NCBI GenBank assembly: GCA_965216755.1
Contig: CBDCGL010000011.1
Location: 1,984,001-2,048,000 of the forward strand
Source of the DNA: Alphaproteobacteria bacterium
GTDB taxonomy: Bacteria; Pseudomonadota; Alphaproteobacteria; UBA7887
Direction: 5' to 3'
DNA: 64,000 nt
Part shown: positions 10,486 to 20,790 of the stretch, piece by piece
Position numbering within the stretch: position 1 is the stretch's first letter
Layout: the number at the start of each line of letters is the position of its first letter
The notes under the pieces: model-generated
What the model was told of the DNA's origin: nothing
The model's database searches: none
Seen by the model: the letters and a program-made list of their open reading frames with translations, nothing else
Program-made: the position numbers and the translations under genes

Positions 10486-11223
10486 TTAAATCATGGCCAT
10501 GCCGCCGTTCACATGCAAGGTTTGCCCGGTTACGTAAGCTGCTTCGTCGGAAGCCAAATATACGGCTGCCGATGCCACGTCCTGCGGCGCACCGATACGT
10601 CCCATCGGGATAACCTCGCGCAATTTCTCAATTTGGGCCTCGCCAAGCGCGTCGGTCATCGCCGTTTCAATCATGCCGGGCGCAATACAGTTGACAGTAA
10701 CGCCGCGTGCCGCGACTTCGGCGGCCAAGGATTTGCTCATGCCGATCAAGCCAGCTTTTGATGCCGCATAGTTCGCTTGTCCTGCGTTGCCGGCCACGCC
10801 GACAACCGAGGTGACATTGATGATGCGCCCCCAGCGTTTCTTGATCATGCCGCGCATGGTCGCGCGGCATAGGCGAAACGCCGCCGACAAATTGACTTCA
10901 AGAACCGCAGCCCAGTCCTCGTCCTTCATGCGCAATGTCAGATTGTCACGGGTTAAGCCGGCGTTGTTGATGAGAATATCGACTCCGTCCATAGCACCTT
11001 CGGCGTCTTTGGCGAGACTTGCCACAGCCTGTGGATCAGTCAAGTCGCACGGCAAGACATGAGCCCGACTGGCCAATGCCGCCGCCTCTTGTTCCAGCCT
11101 ATCGACGCGCGTTCCGCTCAGGCCGACGCGCGCACCCTGCCCATGCAAAGCGCGGGCAATCGCCTGGCCTATGCCGCCCGAGGCGCCGGTGACCAGCGCT
11201 GATTTACCTGTCAAATCAAACAT
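10486..11223 (-). CDS. fabG: 3-oxoacyl-ACP reductase
   Basis: TGASGGIG, NNAGLTRD, YAASK; fab cluster. Confidence 0.96.
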   Translation of the reverse strand: MFDLTGKSALVTGASGGIGQAIARALHGQGARVGLSGTRVDRLEQEAAALASRAHVLPCDLTDPQAVASLAKDAEGAMDGVDILINNAGLTRDNLTLRMKDEDWAAVLEVNLSAAFRLCRATMRGMIKKRWGRIINVTSVVGVAGNAGQANYAASKAGLIGMSKSLAAEVAARGVTVNCIAPGMIETAMTDALGEAQIEKLREVIPMGRIGAPQDVASAAVYLASDEAAYVTGQTLHVNGGMAMI

Positions 11224-11228
11224 TGGCG

Positions 11229-12170
11229 TCAGACCGTTTTGATAAAGGCTTCGATATCGGCCGCAGATTGCACGGCCGTACCCGACACATCAGAGGAAAT
11301 CCTTCGTGCCATATTGGTCAATATCTTACCGATTCCGAGCTCAACCAAATTATCAACATCTTGATCGACCATCGCCAGGATACTCTCGCGCCAGCGGACA
11401 CGCGCCGTAACCTGGCTGACCAAAAGCGTTCGGATTTGTTCAGGTTCCGTCACTGGCGCGGCCGAAACGTTGGCGATGAGCGCCGGCGCGGGCGCCACGA
11501 TCGGCAATGTCTCAAGAGCCTCCGCCATGACCTCGGCCGCCGGTGTCAATAATGCGCAATGAAATGGCGCACTGACCGCCAATGGCATGACCCGGCGCGC
11601 GCCCCGCTCCTTGGCGATACGTTCGGCACGACCAATCGCGCGGGCGTGTCCACTCAGCACCACTTGGCCGGGGGCGTTGTCGTTGGCGACGTCGCATACG
11701 TCTCCTTCAGCGGCCGTCTCGGCAACCGCAATCGCGTCGGCAAGATCCAAACCGATGAGCGCCACCATGGCGCCCTCGCCGACAGCAACTGCGTCTTGCA
11801 TGGCTTTGCCACGCAACCGCAACAAGCGGGCGGCATCAGCGAGCGTCAGAGCACCAGCCGCGGCCAATGCCGAATATTCGCCCAACGAGTGGCCAGCGAC
11901 AAATTTCGCCGCTGTCGCAAAATCGATCCCGGCGTCGGCCTGCAGAACACGCACAACAGCCATAGAAACGGCCATCAAGGCGGGCTGGGCGTTTTCCGTC
12001 ATGGTGAGTTCGTCGGCCGGACCCTCGAACATCAAACGCGACAAATGCTGATTCAGCGCATCATCGACCTCCTCAAGAACCTGCCTTGCGGTGGGGAATA
12101 CCTGGGCCAATTCCTGGCCCATGCCAACGGTCTGGGATCCCTGCCCCGGAAATACAAATGCGCGCACCAT
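11229..12170 (-). CDS. fabD: Malonyl-CoA-ACP transacylase
   Basis: MVRAFVFPGQGSQ, GHSLGEY, VSAPFHC; start trimmed to ATG 12170. Confidence 0.96.
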   Translation of the reverse strand: MVRAFVFPGQGSQTVGMGQELAQVFPTARQVLEEVDDALNQHLSRLMFEGPADELTMTENAQPALMAVSMAVVRVLQADAGIDFATAAKFVAGHSLGEYSALAAAGALTLADAARLLRLRGKAMQDAVAVGEGAMVALIGLDLADAIAVAETAAEGDVCDVANDNAPGQVVLSGHARAIGRAERIAKERGARRVMPLAVSAPFHCALLTPAAEVMAEALETLPIVAPAPALIANVSAAPVTEPEQIRTLLVSQVTARVRWRESILAMVDQDVDNLVELGIGKILTNMARRISSDVSGTAVQSAADIEAFIKTV

Positions 12171-12375
12171 AGCTGCCGTTGTACCGACTGTTGTTTCTAG
12201 CTCAAAGTTAAGTGGACTAAAGCTCCGGTGCAAACTTGCGATGCGAACGTCCTCTGCGCGACCTTTGTTTCCGCGCGGCCGCGCTTTTGATGCCGCACTT
12301 GCACCGTTTGTCCGCCACACAGACACAGTCGGGTCGGCGCTGTCAAGAATGTGCCGCGTTACCGGCGGGGTTCGC

Positions 12376-12403
12376 TTGCACGACGTGGGATAATCGCTAT
12401 AGT
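12376..12403 (+). promoter_or_regulatory. Putative sigma70 promoter of the rpsF-rpsR operon
   Basis: TTGCAC-16 bp-TATAGT about 260 nt upstream of the rpsF ATG. Confidence 0.45.
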
Positions 12404-12663
12404 GCGGCGCTCCGAAACACCCTCGTCAGGTCGTCCGGGGCGTGTTGGGCTGCCATCCGTGTTGTTGGTTGTTGAAACTGCGGTAGTCTACCGTGGGTAC
12501 GTGGCTCTTGCTCGACTCCATTGCCGGGGTCAGGGCAAAATGACCCGAGCAACTGGGCAAATCGCGGATCGGGCGCGCAGCCAAAAAGGTAACCTATCGA
12601 CACAGGCTTGGGTGCCGATCGTGCCACTTCGCCCAAGACTCATCCTGCGGTGGAGACGAAAAT

Positions 12664-13149
12664 ATGCCGCTATACGAAAGCGTGTTCATAGCGCGACAAG
12701 ATATCCCGGCCCAGGAGGTTGAATCCTTGGCCGATGGTTATGCGGGGCTGATTTCCGAAAATGGCGGCGAGGTCAAGCGGCGCGAATATTGGGGTTTGCG
12801 CAATCTCGCATATCGCATCAAGAAAAGCCGCAAAGGCCATTACATCATGATGCATATAGAGGCACCGTCCGGCGCAATTTCGGAAATGGAACGGAACATG
12901 CGCATCAGCGAAGACGTATTGCGCTATATGACGCTGCGTGTCGAGGAGCTGGAAGAAGGGCCGTCTGCGATGCTCCAAAACAGGTCTTCGCGCGATGACC
13001 GTGGACGCCGTGACGACGGCCGCGGTCGCTCGCGTCACGGCCCTCGGCAAGACGCGCGCTCCGATGAAGGTCGCGGCCGCCCGAGAGATACCGACGGCAC
13101 ACGTCCAGCTGCCGAAAAAGAACCGGCTGCCGCGGAAGGAGGCGCATAA
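12664..13149 (+). CDS. rpsF: 30S ribosomal protein S6
   Basis: [32 protein letters not shown]; charged low-complexity tail. Confidence 0.97.
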   Translation: MPLYESVFIARQDIPAQEVESLADGYAGLISENGGEVKRREYWGLRNLAYRIKKSRKGHYIMMHIEAPSGAISEMERNMRISEDVLRYMTLRVEELEEGPSAMLQNRSSRDDRGRRDDGRGRSRHGPRQDARSDEGRGRPRDTDGTRPAAEKEPAAAEGGA

Positions 13150-13152
13150 GCG

Positions 13153-13413
13153 ATGGCGGAACATTCTGGAGGGCGACCGGTGCCATTGCCGCGACGGCCA
13201 TTCTTTCGCCGGCGCAAGACCTGTCCGTTTTCGGGCGCGAATGCACCGAAGATCGATTACAAAGATTATAAGTTATTGCAGCGCTTTACATCGGAACGCG
13301 GCAAGATCGTGCCGAGCCGAATTACCGCGGTATCAGCGCCGAAACAGCGGCAGTTGGCGCGGGCAATCAAACGCGCGCGATTTTTGGCCCTATTGCCTTA
13401 CCTGGTCAAGTAA
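13153..13413 (+). CDS. rpsR: 30S ribosomal protein S18
   Basis: [37 protein letters not shown]. Confidence 0.98.
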   Translation: MAEHSGGRPVPLPRRPFFRRRKTCPFSGANAPKIDYKDYKLLQRFTSERGKIVPSRITAVSAPKQRQLARAIKRARFLALLPYLVK

Positions 13414-13452
13414 GCGGGGTGCCGCCTCGATAAACGCGGTGAATCCAGAGAC

Positions 13453-14367
13453 ATGCCGACGCCGACCCTTGTCGCCATAGCAGGGGGCCTACTAAGCGCC
13501 GTTCTCTATTTGGCGCCGCTGGCTGGTGCAATTTTCATTGGTTTCCACTACGCCACGCATATACCGCTGTTTCTTGTCGGCCTTGCCATGGGCACAGGCC
13601 CCGTTGTCGTCGCCAGCGCCACCGCGTCGGTACTGACGCTATTATTCAACGTCTTGGTCGGCGGCATTTTCATGATTGCTTATGCGGTTCCGGTGATTCT
13701 ACTGGCCAGACAGGCGCTATTGAACAGAATCGACGCGGACGGACAAACTGAGTGGTATCCGCCCGGCCACTTGTTGGCGTTAGCCACCGCATATGCGGTG
13801 GCACTATTGGTCGCTGCCAATTTCGCGTTCGTCGGTCAGGAAGGCGGGCTGCAAGGGGCGATCGAAGGACTATTAGACGAAGTACTCGCCTCGCTTGAAT
13901 CCGGTATGGCGCTGCCGCCAAAGGACGTGATCTTGCGGTATGCGTTTCTGTTTCCCGGCCTGGCAGGTGCGATGTGGGTGTTGATCGTCGCGGTCAACGG
14001 CGTCATGGCGCAAGCGCTGGCGGTTCGCTTGAAACGCAATCTACGGCCAACGCCGCACTACTCGCGTCTGAAGCTGCCGCTTTGGCTGACTTTCACTTTG
14101 AGCGCCATCGCTCTGCTGTGGCTAGTCGGCGGCGAGTCCGCCCTGGGCTTTTTGTCGGGCGCCGTTTTGGTGACCGTGCTGATGCCGTTTTTCCTTTTGG
14201 GCCTGGCCGTGATACACAGCGTCACGCGCGCCATGCGGATCCCAACATTGATCCTGGGCGTGTTTTACGTTTTTCTCGTGTTGCAACTGTGGCCCGCGTT
14301 GGTCGTCGCTGGGCTCGGTATCATCGAACCGTGGGCAGGCATTCGCGACCGTCTCAAGACGACGTAA
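13453..14367 (+). CDS. DUF2232 (YybS-like) membrane protein
   Basis: Polytopic protein with EWYPPG motif, in the usual rpsR-rplI position. Confidence 0.8.
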   Translation: MPTPTLVAIAGGLLSAVLYLAPLAGAIFIGFHYATHIPLFLVGLAMGTGPVVVASATASVLTLLFNVLVGGIFMIAYAVPVILLARQALLNRIDADGQTEWYPPGHLLALATAYAVALLVAANFAFVGQEGGLQGAIEGLLDEVLASLESGMALPPKDVILRYAFLFPGLAGAMWVLIVAVNGVMAQALAVRLKRNLRPTPHYSRLKLPLWLTFTLSAIALLWLVGGESALGFLSGAVLVTVLMPFFLLGLAVIHSVTRAMRIPTLILGVFYVFLVLQLWPALVVAGLGIIEPWAGIRDRLKTT

Positions 14368-14425
14368 CGACAGGTCGGTGTCGCCGCGGTTCAGCCGCGA
14401 TACACCATGTGGAAGGGCGATTGAT

Positions 14426-15049
14426 ATGAATGTAATTCTTTTGGAGCGGATCGAGCGCCTCGGACAAATGGGCGACGTTGTCAGTGTCGCCGATGGCTAC
14501 GCGCGAAATTTCCTGTTGCCCCGCAAGAAGGCACTGCGGGCAACGGCCGGCAATCGCGATGTATTCGAAACGCGGCGCGCGCAGTTCGAAGCCGACAACT
14601 TAGAACGCCGCAAAGAAGCCGAACAAGTTGCGGAGAAAATGGCTGATCTGTCGGTCGTGATGATTCGTCAAGCTGGTGATTCGGGTCAACTTTATGGCTC
14701 GGTCAGCGGCCGCGATATCTCAACAGCCGTGACCGAGGCCGGATTCACAATCGAACGCCGCCAGGTGGTTATCAATCGCGCGTTCAAGGCATTGGGTCTC
14801 TATCCGGTTCGCGTGGTCTTACATCCCGAGGTCAGCGTCGAAGTCACCGTCAATATCGCGCGATCGGAAGAAGAAGCGAAGCTTCAGGCCCAGGGCGTGG
14901 ACGTCACCGCGACGGATATGGATGAGCCGTTTGACGAGACATTGGTGGGCGAAGTCGCACCCGAATCGGAACAATCGACTGGCGCCGAACAGATATCTGA
15001 GACACCCGAACCGTCTGACCAAGCCAACGAAACACCGCCTGAGGACTAA
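14426..15049 (+). CDS. rplI: 50S ribosomal protein L9
   Basis: [32 protein letters not shown]. Confidence 0.97.
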   Translation: MNVILLERIERLGQMGDVVSVADGYARNFLLPRKKALRATAGNRDVFETRRAQFEADNLERRKEAEQVAEKMADLSVVMIRQAGDSGQLYGSVSGRDISTAVTEAGFTIERRQVVINRAFKALGLYPVRVVLHPEVSVEVTVNIARSEEEAKLQAQGVDVTATDMDEPFDETLVGEVAPESEQSTGAEQISETPEPSDQANETPPED

Positions 15050-15144
15050 GCGCAAGCCCAACCGACTAAGCCAATCCTTTGTCACTGTTGTGAAAATCGA
15101 TTGCATCGCACGGGGTTACGCGTTCTATAATAGATACTCGGGTC

Positions 15145-16425
15145 GTGGTAGTGGCCTTAATGCCACTGTCGACCCCCACAAGCAGGGGGAACGGTTCGGT
15201 GCTATTGGTACGATTTTTGGAAGGTATAGTTCAGTCTGGCAACCTGACGGTCGTCGACCACAAGGGTGGCACACATCGCATTGGTGACGGCACGGGAACC
15301 CCGATCACCATGCGCGTTGATGACCGGTGGTTTGGATTGCACCTGTTGTGCTCGCCGTCCCTAGCGACCGCTGAAGCTTATATGGATGGCCGTTTGACCT
15401 TGGAAAACGGCTCGCTCTATGACTTGCTGGCATTGGTCGCCGCCAACATGAATCGAACCGCGCCCAGGAAGTCCGAAACCCTACGCCGTTGGGGTGGCAT
15501 CCTGTTGCGCCGTTTCATGCAATACAATCCGATCGGACGCGCACAGCGCAATGTCGCCCACCATTACGACCTGTCGGGCGATCTGTACGATTTGTTTCTT
15601 GACGCGGACAAGCAGTATTCGTGTGCGTATTTCGTCCAATCTGATGATGATTTGGAAACGGCACAAGCCAACAAAAAGCGCCACATCGCGGCCAAACTGC
15701 TGCTGCATCGCAATCATCGCGTGCTTGACATTGGATCGGGCTGGGGCGGACTGGCCCTGCATTTGGCGCGCGAATGGGGCGCCATTGTCGACGGTGTGAC
15801 GCTGTCGGAAGAACAGCACGGCGTGGCGTCGCAACGCGCTGCCGAGCAGGGCCTGGCCAAGAAGGTGCAGTTTGCGCTCAAGGATTATCGCCATGTCGAC
15901 GGTCCGTATGATCGCGTCGTGTCGGTTGGCATGTTTGAGCATGTCGGCGTCGGTCACTATGGCGAGTTCTTCAACAAGATTCGCGGCCTGCTCAACAAGC
16001 ATGGGGTCGCCCTGGTGCACACCATCGGTCGTACCGACGGACCGGGCGTGACGGATCCGTTTATCCGCCGCTACATCTTTCCCGGCGGCTATATACCGGC
16101 TTTGTCTGAAGTCATTCCGGAGATCGAGCGGGCTGGGCTGGTGGTCACCGACGTTGAAGTTCTGCGGCTCCACTATGCGGATACTTTGCGCCATTGGCGC
16201 CGCCGTTTCATGGCCAATTGGGATCGCGCCAAGGCCTTGTATGACGAACGCTTTTGTCGCATGTGGGAGTTCTATTTGGCGGGCAGCGAGGTTGCGTTCC
16301 GCCACATGGGCATGGTGGTTTTCCAAATTCAGCTGGCGTGCGACCAGACCTCGGTGCCACTGACGCGCGATTATATTGCCGAGCTGGAGAACACGCCTGT
16401 GCCGCGCAAGAGCGCCGCCGCGTGA
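15145..16425 (+). CDS. cfa: Cyclopropane-fatty-acyl-phospholipid synthase family methyltransferase (start uncertain)
   Basis: NVAHHYDLS, YSCAYF, LDIGSGWGG, SVGMFEHVG, YIFPGG, RMWEFYL. Confidence 0.9.
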   Translation: MVVALMPLSTPTSRGNGSVLLVRFLEGIVQSGNLTVVDHKGGTHRIGDGTGTPITMRVDDRWFGLHLLCSPSLATAEAYMDGRLTLENGSLYDLLALVAANMNRTAPRKSETLRRWGGILLRRFMQYNPIGRAQRNVAHHYDLSGDLYDLFLDADKQYSCAYFVQSDDDLETAQANKKRHIAAKLLLHRNHRVLDIGSGWGGLALHLAREWGAIVDGVTLSEEQHGVASQRAAEQGLAKKVQFALKDYRHVDGPYDRVVSVGMFEHVGVGHYGEFFNKIRGLLNKHGVALVHTIGRTDGPGVTDPFIRRYIFPGGYIPALSEVIPEIERAGLVVTDVEVLRLHYADTLRHWRRRFMANWDRAKALYDERFCRMWEFYLAGSEVAFRHMGMVVFQIQLACDQTSVPLTRDYIAELENTPVPRKSAAA

Positions 16426-16468
16426 CCTCGATAGGACGACCAGCCTACTGCACCAAGCTGGCTCATAG

Positions 16469-16496
16469 TTATCCACGATATCCTTTTTGATCCACA
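16469..16496 (+). promoter_or_regulatory. Two tandem DnaA-box-like sites upstream of dnaB
   Basis: TTATCCACG (16469-16477) and TGATCCACA (16488-16496), each one mismatch from TTATCCACA. Confidence 0.55.
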
Positions 16497-16541
16497 GGCG
16501 TGGCCATAGCATTCGTTGCTACGAACAGTTAGTCTCCGACC

Positions 16542-18074
16542 ATGAACCTCGGCGGCAATGCGGCCAGTATGACGGTTTCGGTCGGTGATGCGACAACCGA
16601 CAACGAACCGCGCACACTGCCCCACAATGTTGAAGCAGAACAAGCGCTTCTCGGTGCCATCTTGGTCGACAATTTGGTGCTGGATCGTGTTTCAACGTTC
16701 CTCGATTCCGAACATTTCCACGTCCCGGTCCATGGCCGCATCTACGATGTCGCACGGACACTAATTCAACGCGGGCAATTGGCAACACCAATCACGCTCA
16801 AGGCCGCGTTCGACAATGACGCGGCACTTGGCGAGGTCGGCGGCGCCCAGTACCTCAATCGCCTGGCGATGGCCGCGGTCAGCTTGGTTAACGCGGAAGA
16901 TTACGGCCGCGTTGTGTATGATCTCGCAATACGCCGTGCCTTGATCCGCATGGGCGAAGAAATCGTCGAGACGGCGTTTGATCCGACCATCGACGATCCG
17001 GCGACCGAGCAAATCGAACGCGCGGAGCATCAGCTCTTCCAGTTGGCCGAAACCGGCGCTCACGAGGGCGGGTTCGTTACTTTCGGTCAATCGCTTACGG
17101 CGGCTGTGCGGAGCGCTGAGGCGGCTTACAAGCGCGAAGGCAAACTGTCCGGCGTGTCGACTGGCTTGGTCGACATGGACAACCTGCTCGGCGGCCTTCA
17201 CAACTCAGACTTGTTGATCTTGGCCGGGCGGCCGTCGATGGGGAAAACGGCATTGGCGACGAATATCGCCTTTCATGCCGCAAAAATGGACCGCGACGAT
17301 CTTTCCGCCACCCCAAAGGGCGCGCGCCATGACGGCCATGTCGTGGCGTTTTTCTCTTTGGAGATGTCAGCCGAGCAACTCGCGACACGCATTCTGGCCG
17401 AGGAATCGGGATTGCGCTCAGATCACATTCGCCGCGGGAAGCTCTCGGACGAGGAATTCGTCCAACGCCTGGTTCCAGCCAGTCAGCGATTGAGCAGCGT
17501 ACCACTCTACATCGACGACACGCCGGCCTTGACCATTCCGGCCCTGCGCACCCGGGCGCGCCGCCTAAAGCGCACGCACGGGCTCCATATGGTGGTCGTT
17601 GACTATTTGCAGCTCTTGCGGGCCGCGAGCCGCGTTGAAAGCCGGGTACAGGAAATCTCGGAAATCACCCAAGGTCTAAAGGCGATGGCCAAGGAGCTTG
17701 ATGTACCCGTGTTAGCGCTTTCGCAGCTCAGTCGCGCCGTTGAGCAACGGGAAGACAAAAGACCGCTTCTATCCGATTTGCGCGAGTCGGGGTCGATCGA
17801 ACAAGATGCTGACGTGGTGATGTTCGTCTATCGTGAGATTTACTATCTGGAGCGTGGCGAACCCCAACAACGCGGTGAGGAAAAATACGAGCATTTCATG
17901 GAACGATATGATCGTTGGCAGGAGCGGTGCGAACAGGCGTTTGGGCTGGCCGAAGTGATTGTCGCCAAACAACGCCACGGCCCGATTGGTGTCGTCAAAG
18001 CCCGATTTGACGCAAATACCACACGCTTTCAGGACTACGCATCCGCCGATCATTTGCCGGAGCCACGTTCTTGA
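16542..18074 (+). CDS. dnaB: Replicative DNA helicase
   Basis: PHNVEAEQALLG, AGRPSMGKT, FSLEMS, DYLQL, LSQLSR, DLRESGSIEQDAD, KQRHGP. Confidence 0.98.
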   Translation: MNLGGNAASMTVSVGDATTDNEPRTLPHNVEAEQALLGAILVDNLVLDRVSTFLDSEHFHVPVHGRIYDVARTLIQRGQLATPITLKAAFDNDAALGEVGGAQYLNRLAMAAVSLVNAEDYGRVVYDLAIRRALIRMGEEIVETAFDPTIDDPATEQIERAEHQLFQLAETGAHEGGFVTFGQSLTAAVRSAEAAYKREGKLSGVSTGLVDMDNLLGGLHNSDLLILAGRPSMGKTALATNIAFHAAKMDRDDLSATPKGARHDGHVVAFFSLEMSAEQLATRILAEESGLRSDHIRRGKLSDEEFVQRLVPASQRLSSVPLYIDDTPALTIPALRTRARRLKRTHGLHMVVVDYLQLLRAASRVESRVQEISEITQGLKAMAKELDVPVLALSQLSRAVEQREDKRPLLSDLRESGSIEQDADVVMFVYREIYYLERGEPQQRGEEKYEHFMERYDRWQERCEQAFGLAEVIVAKQRHGPIGVVKARFDANTTRFQDYASADHLPEPRS

Positions 18075-19192
18075 CTGCGGCCCGCGAGCGGGCCGGCGCA
18101 GAAATCACCATCGACTTGTCCGCCATCAGGCGCAACTACCGCGCATTGGCTGGACGCGTCGGTGTGAACGTCCGTGTCGCGGCTGTGGTCAAGGCCGACG
18201 CTTATGGCCTGGGCGCGGTGCCCGTGGCAACCGCGCTATGGAAAGCCGGGTGCCGTGATTACTTCGTTGCCACATTGGACGAAGCAATCGATCTGCGTGC
18301 CACGCTGAGCCAGGCATCGATCTATGTTCTGGATGGCCCCCAGCCCCGTAGCGCTCCCGATTTCGTCGCCAATCGCCTGATCCCGGTCGTCAACAGCCTG
18401 GACCAGTGGGACTGGTTCATCCACGAGGCGCGTGGCAGCCCAGCGCGCGTTGCCGTGCACGTCGATACCGGCATGAACCGACTTGGACTACCGACAACGG
18501 AATGTGAACAAGTGGCCCGCGCGGCTTCCCGGCTTCAAGCCGTTGATGTGGTGTTGCTGCAGTCGCATCTGGCCTGTGCCGACGAACCGAATCATGTTGC
18601 CAATCGCCAACAACTAGAAACCTTTCATGCGGTGCGAAGCGCTTTCGCGGCGGCATTTGGCACAGCGCCTCCCGCGTCGCTGGCCAATGGCTCAGGCGTA
18701 TTTCTCGGACCCGAATATCATTTTGATCTGGTGCGCCCGGGTGCTGCGCTTTACGGCATCAACCCGCTTCCCGGCCATCCTAATCAACTTGACCAAGCTG
18801 TTGCTTTAAAAGCAAAAATTCTTCAAGTGCGGCACGTTGACAGGGGTATGTCGGTTGGCTATGGTGCCGCCCATCTTGTTGCGCGTGCGGGGCGTATTGG
18901 CACTATTCCGGTCGGTTACGCTGATGGAGTGTTGCGCGCGTCGGAATCTAAGGCCTATGCAATCATTGGTGAGCAACGTGTTCCTTTTGTGGGGCGCGTG
19001 TCGATGGATCTCATCACGCTTGATCTTACCGATGTTCCGGATCACTTTGCCGTTCCCGGTACTGACGTCGCATTGATTGGTCCCGAACGACCGATCGACA
19101 ATGTTGCCGCTGATGCAGGAACGATTGGATACGAAGTGTTGACCAGACTGTCGCGTCGCATCCCGCGCCGGTATGTCGACCAGGATCGTTAG
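18071..19192 (+). CDS. alr: Alanine racemase
   Basis: AVVKADAYGLG, DTGMNRLG, VRPG.ALYG, GYADG, GRVSMD, TIGYE. Confidence 0.96.
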   Translation: MTAARERAGAEITIDLSAIRRNYRALAGRVGVNVRVAAVVKADAYGLGAVPVATALWKAGCRDYFVATLDEAIDLRATLSQASIYVLDGPQPRSAPDFVANRLIPVVNSLDQWDWFIHEARGSPARVAVHVDTGMNRLGLPTTECEQVARAASRLQAVDVVLLQSHLACADEPNHVANRQQLETFHAVRSAFAAAFGTAPPASLANGSGVFLGPEYHFDLVRPGAALYGINPLPGHPNQLDQAVALKAKILQVRHVDRGMSVGYGAAHLVARAGRIGTIPVGYADGVLRASESKAYAIIGEQRVPFVGRVSMDLITLDLTDVPDHFAVPGTDVALIGPERPIDNVAADAGTIGYEVLTRLSRRIPRRYVDQDR

Positions 19193-19195
19193 CAA

Positions 19196-19969
19196 ATGAA
19201 TTTTCTGGCGCCGCTCGGGCGCGTGTTCATCGCCTTTGTCGGTGCCACGGGCAGCATTGTCATTTTTGCGACCAACAGCCTGTCACATTGTGTGCGGCCG
19301 CCGATTTATCCACGTTTGATCTTCCGGCAAATGATGGACATCGGCTATTACTCTCTTCCTGTTGTCGGTCTGACCGCCGTGTTTACCGGCATGGTCTTGG
19401 CCCTGCAGAGCCATACGGGCTTTAGCCGATTCAGCGCCGAATCCGCGATCCCCAACGTCGTCGTGGTGTCGATCACCCGAGAGCTCGGACCGGTCTTGAC
19501 GGGGTTGATGGTAGCTGGGCGCATCGGCGCGTCGATGGCCGCCGAAATCGGCACGATGCGTGTGACAGAACAGATCGACGCGCTGACCACCCTGGCGACC
19601 AACCCATTTAAGTATCTGGTCGCGCCACGCATCATCGCTGGCGTCACCATGTTGCCGTTGTTGGTGATTGTCGCCGATATCATCGGCGTCCTCGGCGGCT
19701 ATCTCGTCGGTGTCCACAAGCTAGGCTTCAATGCGGCGATCTATATCGACAATTCGTGGGACAGCCTGGAAACCATGGATGTGGTCTCGGGCTTGGTCAA
19801 AGCGTCCGCTTTCGGCCTGATTATCACGTTGATGGGGTGCTACCACGGCTATCAAAGTCGCGGTGGCGCACAAGGTGTGGGCGCCGCCACCACCAATGCC
19901 GTGGTCTCGGCGTCGATTCTGATCCTGACGTTCAATTACATCATTACCGAACTGTTTTTCGCCCGATGA
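19196..19969 (+). CDS. mlaE: MlaE family ABC permease
   Basis: RELGPVL, AEIGTMRVTEQIDAL, GVGAATTNAVV. Confidence 0.93.
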   Translation: MNFLAPLGRVFIAFVGATGSIVIFATNSLSHCVRPPIYPRLIFRQMMDIGYYSLPVVGLTAVFTGMVLALQSHTGFSRFSAESAIPNVVVVSITRELGPVLTGLMVAGRIGASMAAEIGTMRVTEQIDALTTLATNPFKYLVAPRIIAGVTMLPLLVIVADIIGVLGGYLVGVHKLGFNAAIYIDNSWDSLETMDVVSGLVKASAFGLIITLMGCYHGYQSRGGAQGVGAATTNAVVSASILILTFNYIITELFFAR

Positions 19970-20742
19970 GCGCGCCACCGAAGTTCCGGGCAAAGGGTTT
20001 GTCAAAGCGATTTGGTGACAAGGTCGTTTTGGACCAGCTCAATGTGGAAGTCGCCCGCGGTGAGTCGTTGGTGGTCATTGGCGGTTCGGGCGTCGGCAAA
20101 TCGGTCATGATCAAATGCATACTCGGCTTGATTACACCGGATTCAGGGCAGGTCATCATTGACGACCAAGACGTCACGCGCCTATCGCCGCCCGATCGTG
20201 AACAAGTCAATCGCAAGTTTGGCATGTTGTTCCAGGGCGCCGCGCTGTTCGACAGTCTTCCGGTTTGGGAAAACGTCGCGTTCGGCCTCATCCAGGGCGA
20301 GGGCCATGATCGTCAGCATGCCAAATCGATCGCCACCCAAAAACTCGGCGCCGTTGGGCTGTCGCCGGACGTCGGCGCGCTGTATCCGGCCGAACTCTCA
20401 GGAGGGATGAAAAAACGCGTCGCCTTAGCACGCGCCATTGCCACCGAGCCAGAGATCATATTTTTCGACGAACCGACAACCGGCCTTGACCCAATCATGG
20501 GCGACGTCATCGACCGCCTCATTGTCAAATGTGTCCGTGAACTGGGTGCCACCGCCTTAACAATCACCCATGACATGGCCAGCGCGCGCAAGATTTCTGA
20601 CCGAATTGCCATGATCCACGATGGCCGCATCATATGGCATGGTGCGACATCGACCATCGACAATAGCGGTGATGAACGCGTCGACCAATTTATCAATGGT
20701 CGTGCTGAGGGCCCGATACAGATGCAAGTGAGAGCGTCGTGA
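19966..20742 (+). CDS. mlaF: MlaF family ABC ATP-binding protein
   Basis: GGSGVGKS, FQGAALFDSL, LSGGMKKRV, DEPTTGLDP; ATGA overlap with mlaE. Confidence 0.92.
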   Translation: MSAPPKFRAKGLSKRFGDKVVLDQLNVEVARGESLVVIGGSGVGKSVMIKCILGLITPDSGQVIIDDQDVTRLSPPDREQVNRKFGMLFQGAALFDSLPVWENVAFGLIQGEGHDRQHAKSIATQKLGAVGLSPDVGALYPAELSGGMKKRVALARAIATEPEIIFFDEPTTGLDPIMGDVIDRLIVKCVRELGATALTITHDMASARKISDRIAMIHDGRIIWHGATSTIDNSGDERVDQFINGRAEGPIQMQVRAS

Positions 20743-20790
20743 CGCATATGTCCAGCTTCTCCGCGTCCAAAGCGCAGCGCAACAGCGGCT

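Noticed and set aside
15145-16425. cfa between rplI and dnaB as a foreign insertion
   Set aside because: This arrangement is familiar in alphaproteobacteria and there are no mobility signs.
15481-16512. 343-aa minus-strand ORF
   Set aside because: Antisense shadow of cfa.
16542-18074. Intein in dnaB
   Set aside because: Normal length (510 aa) with contiguous helicase motifs.
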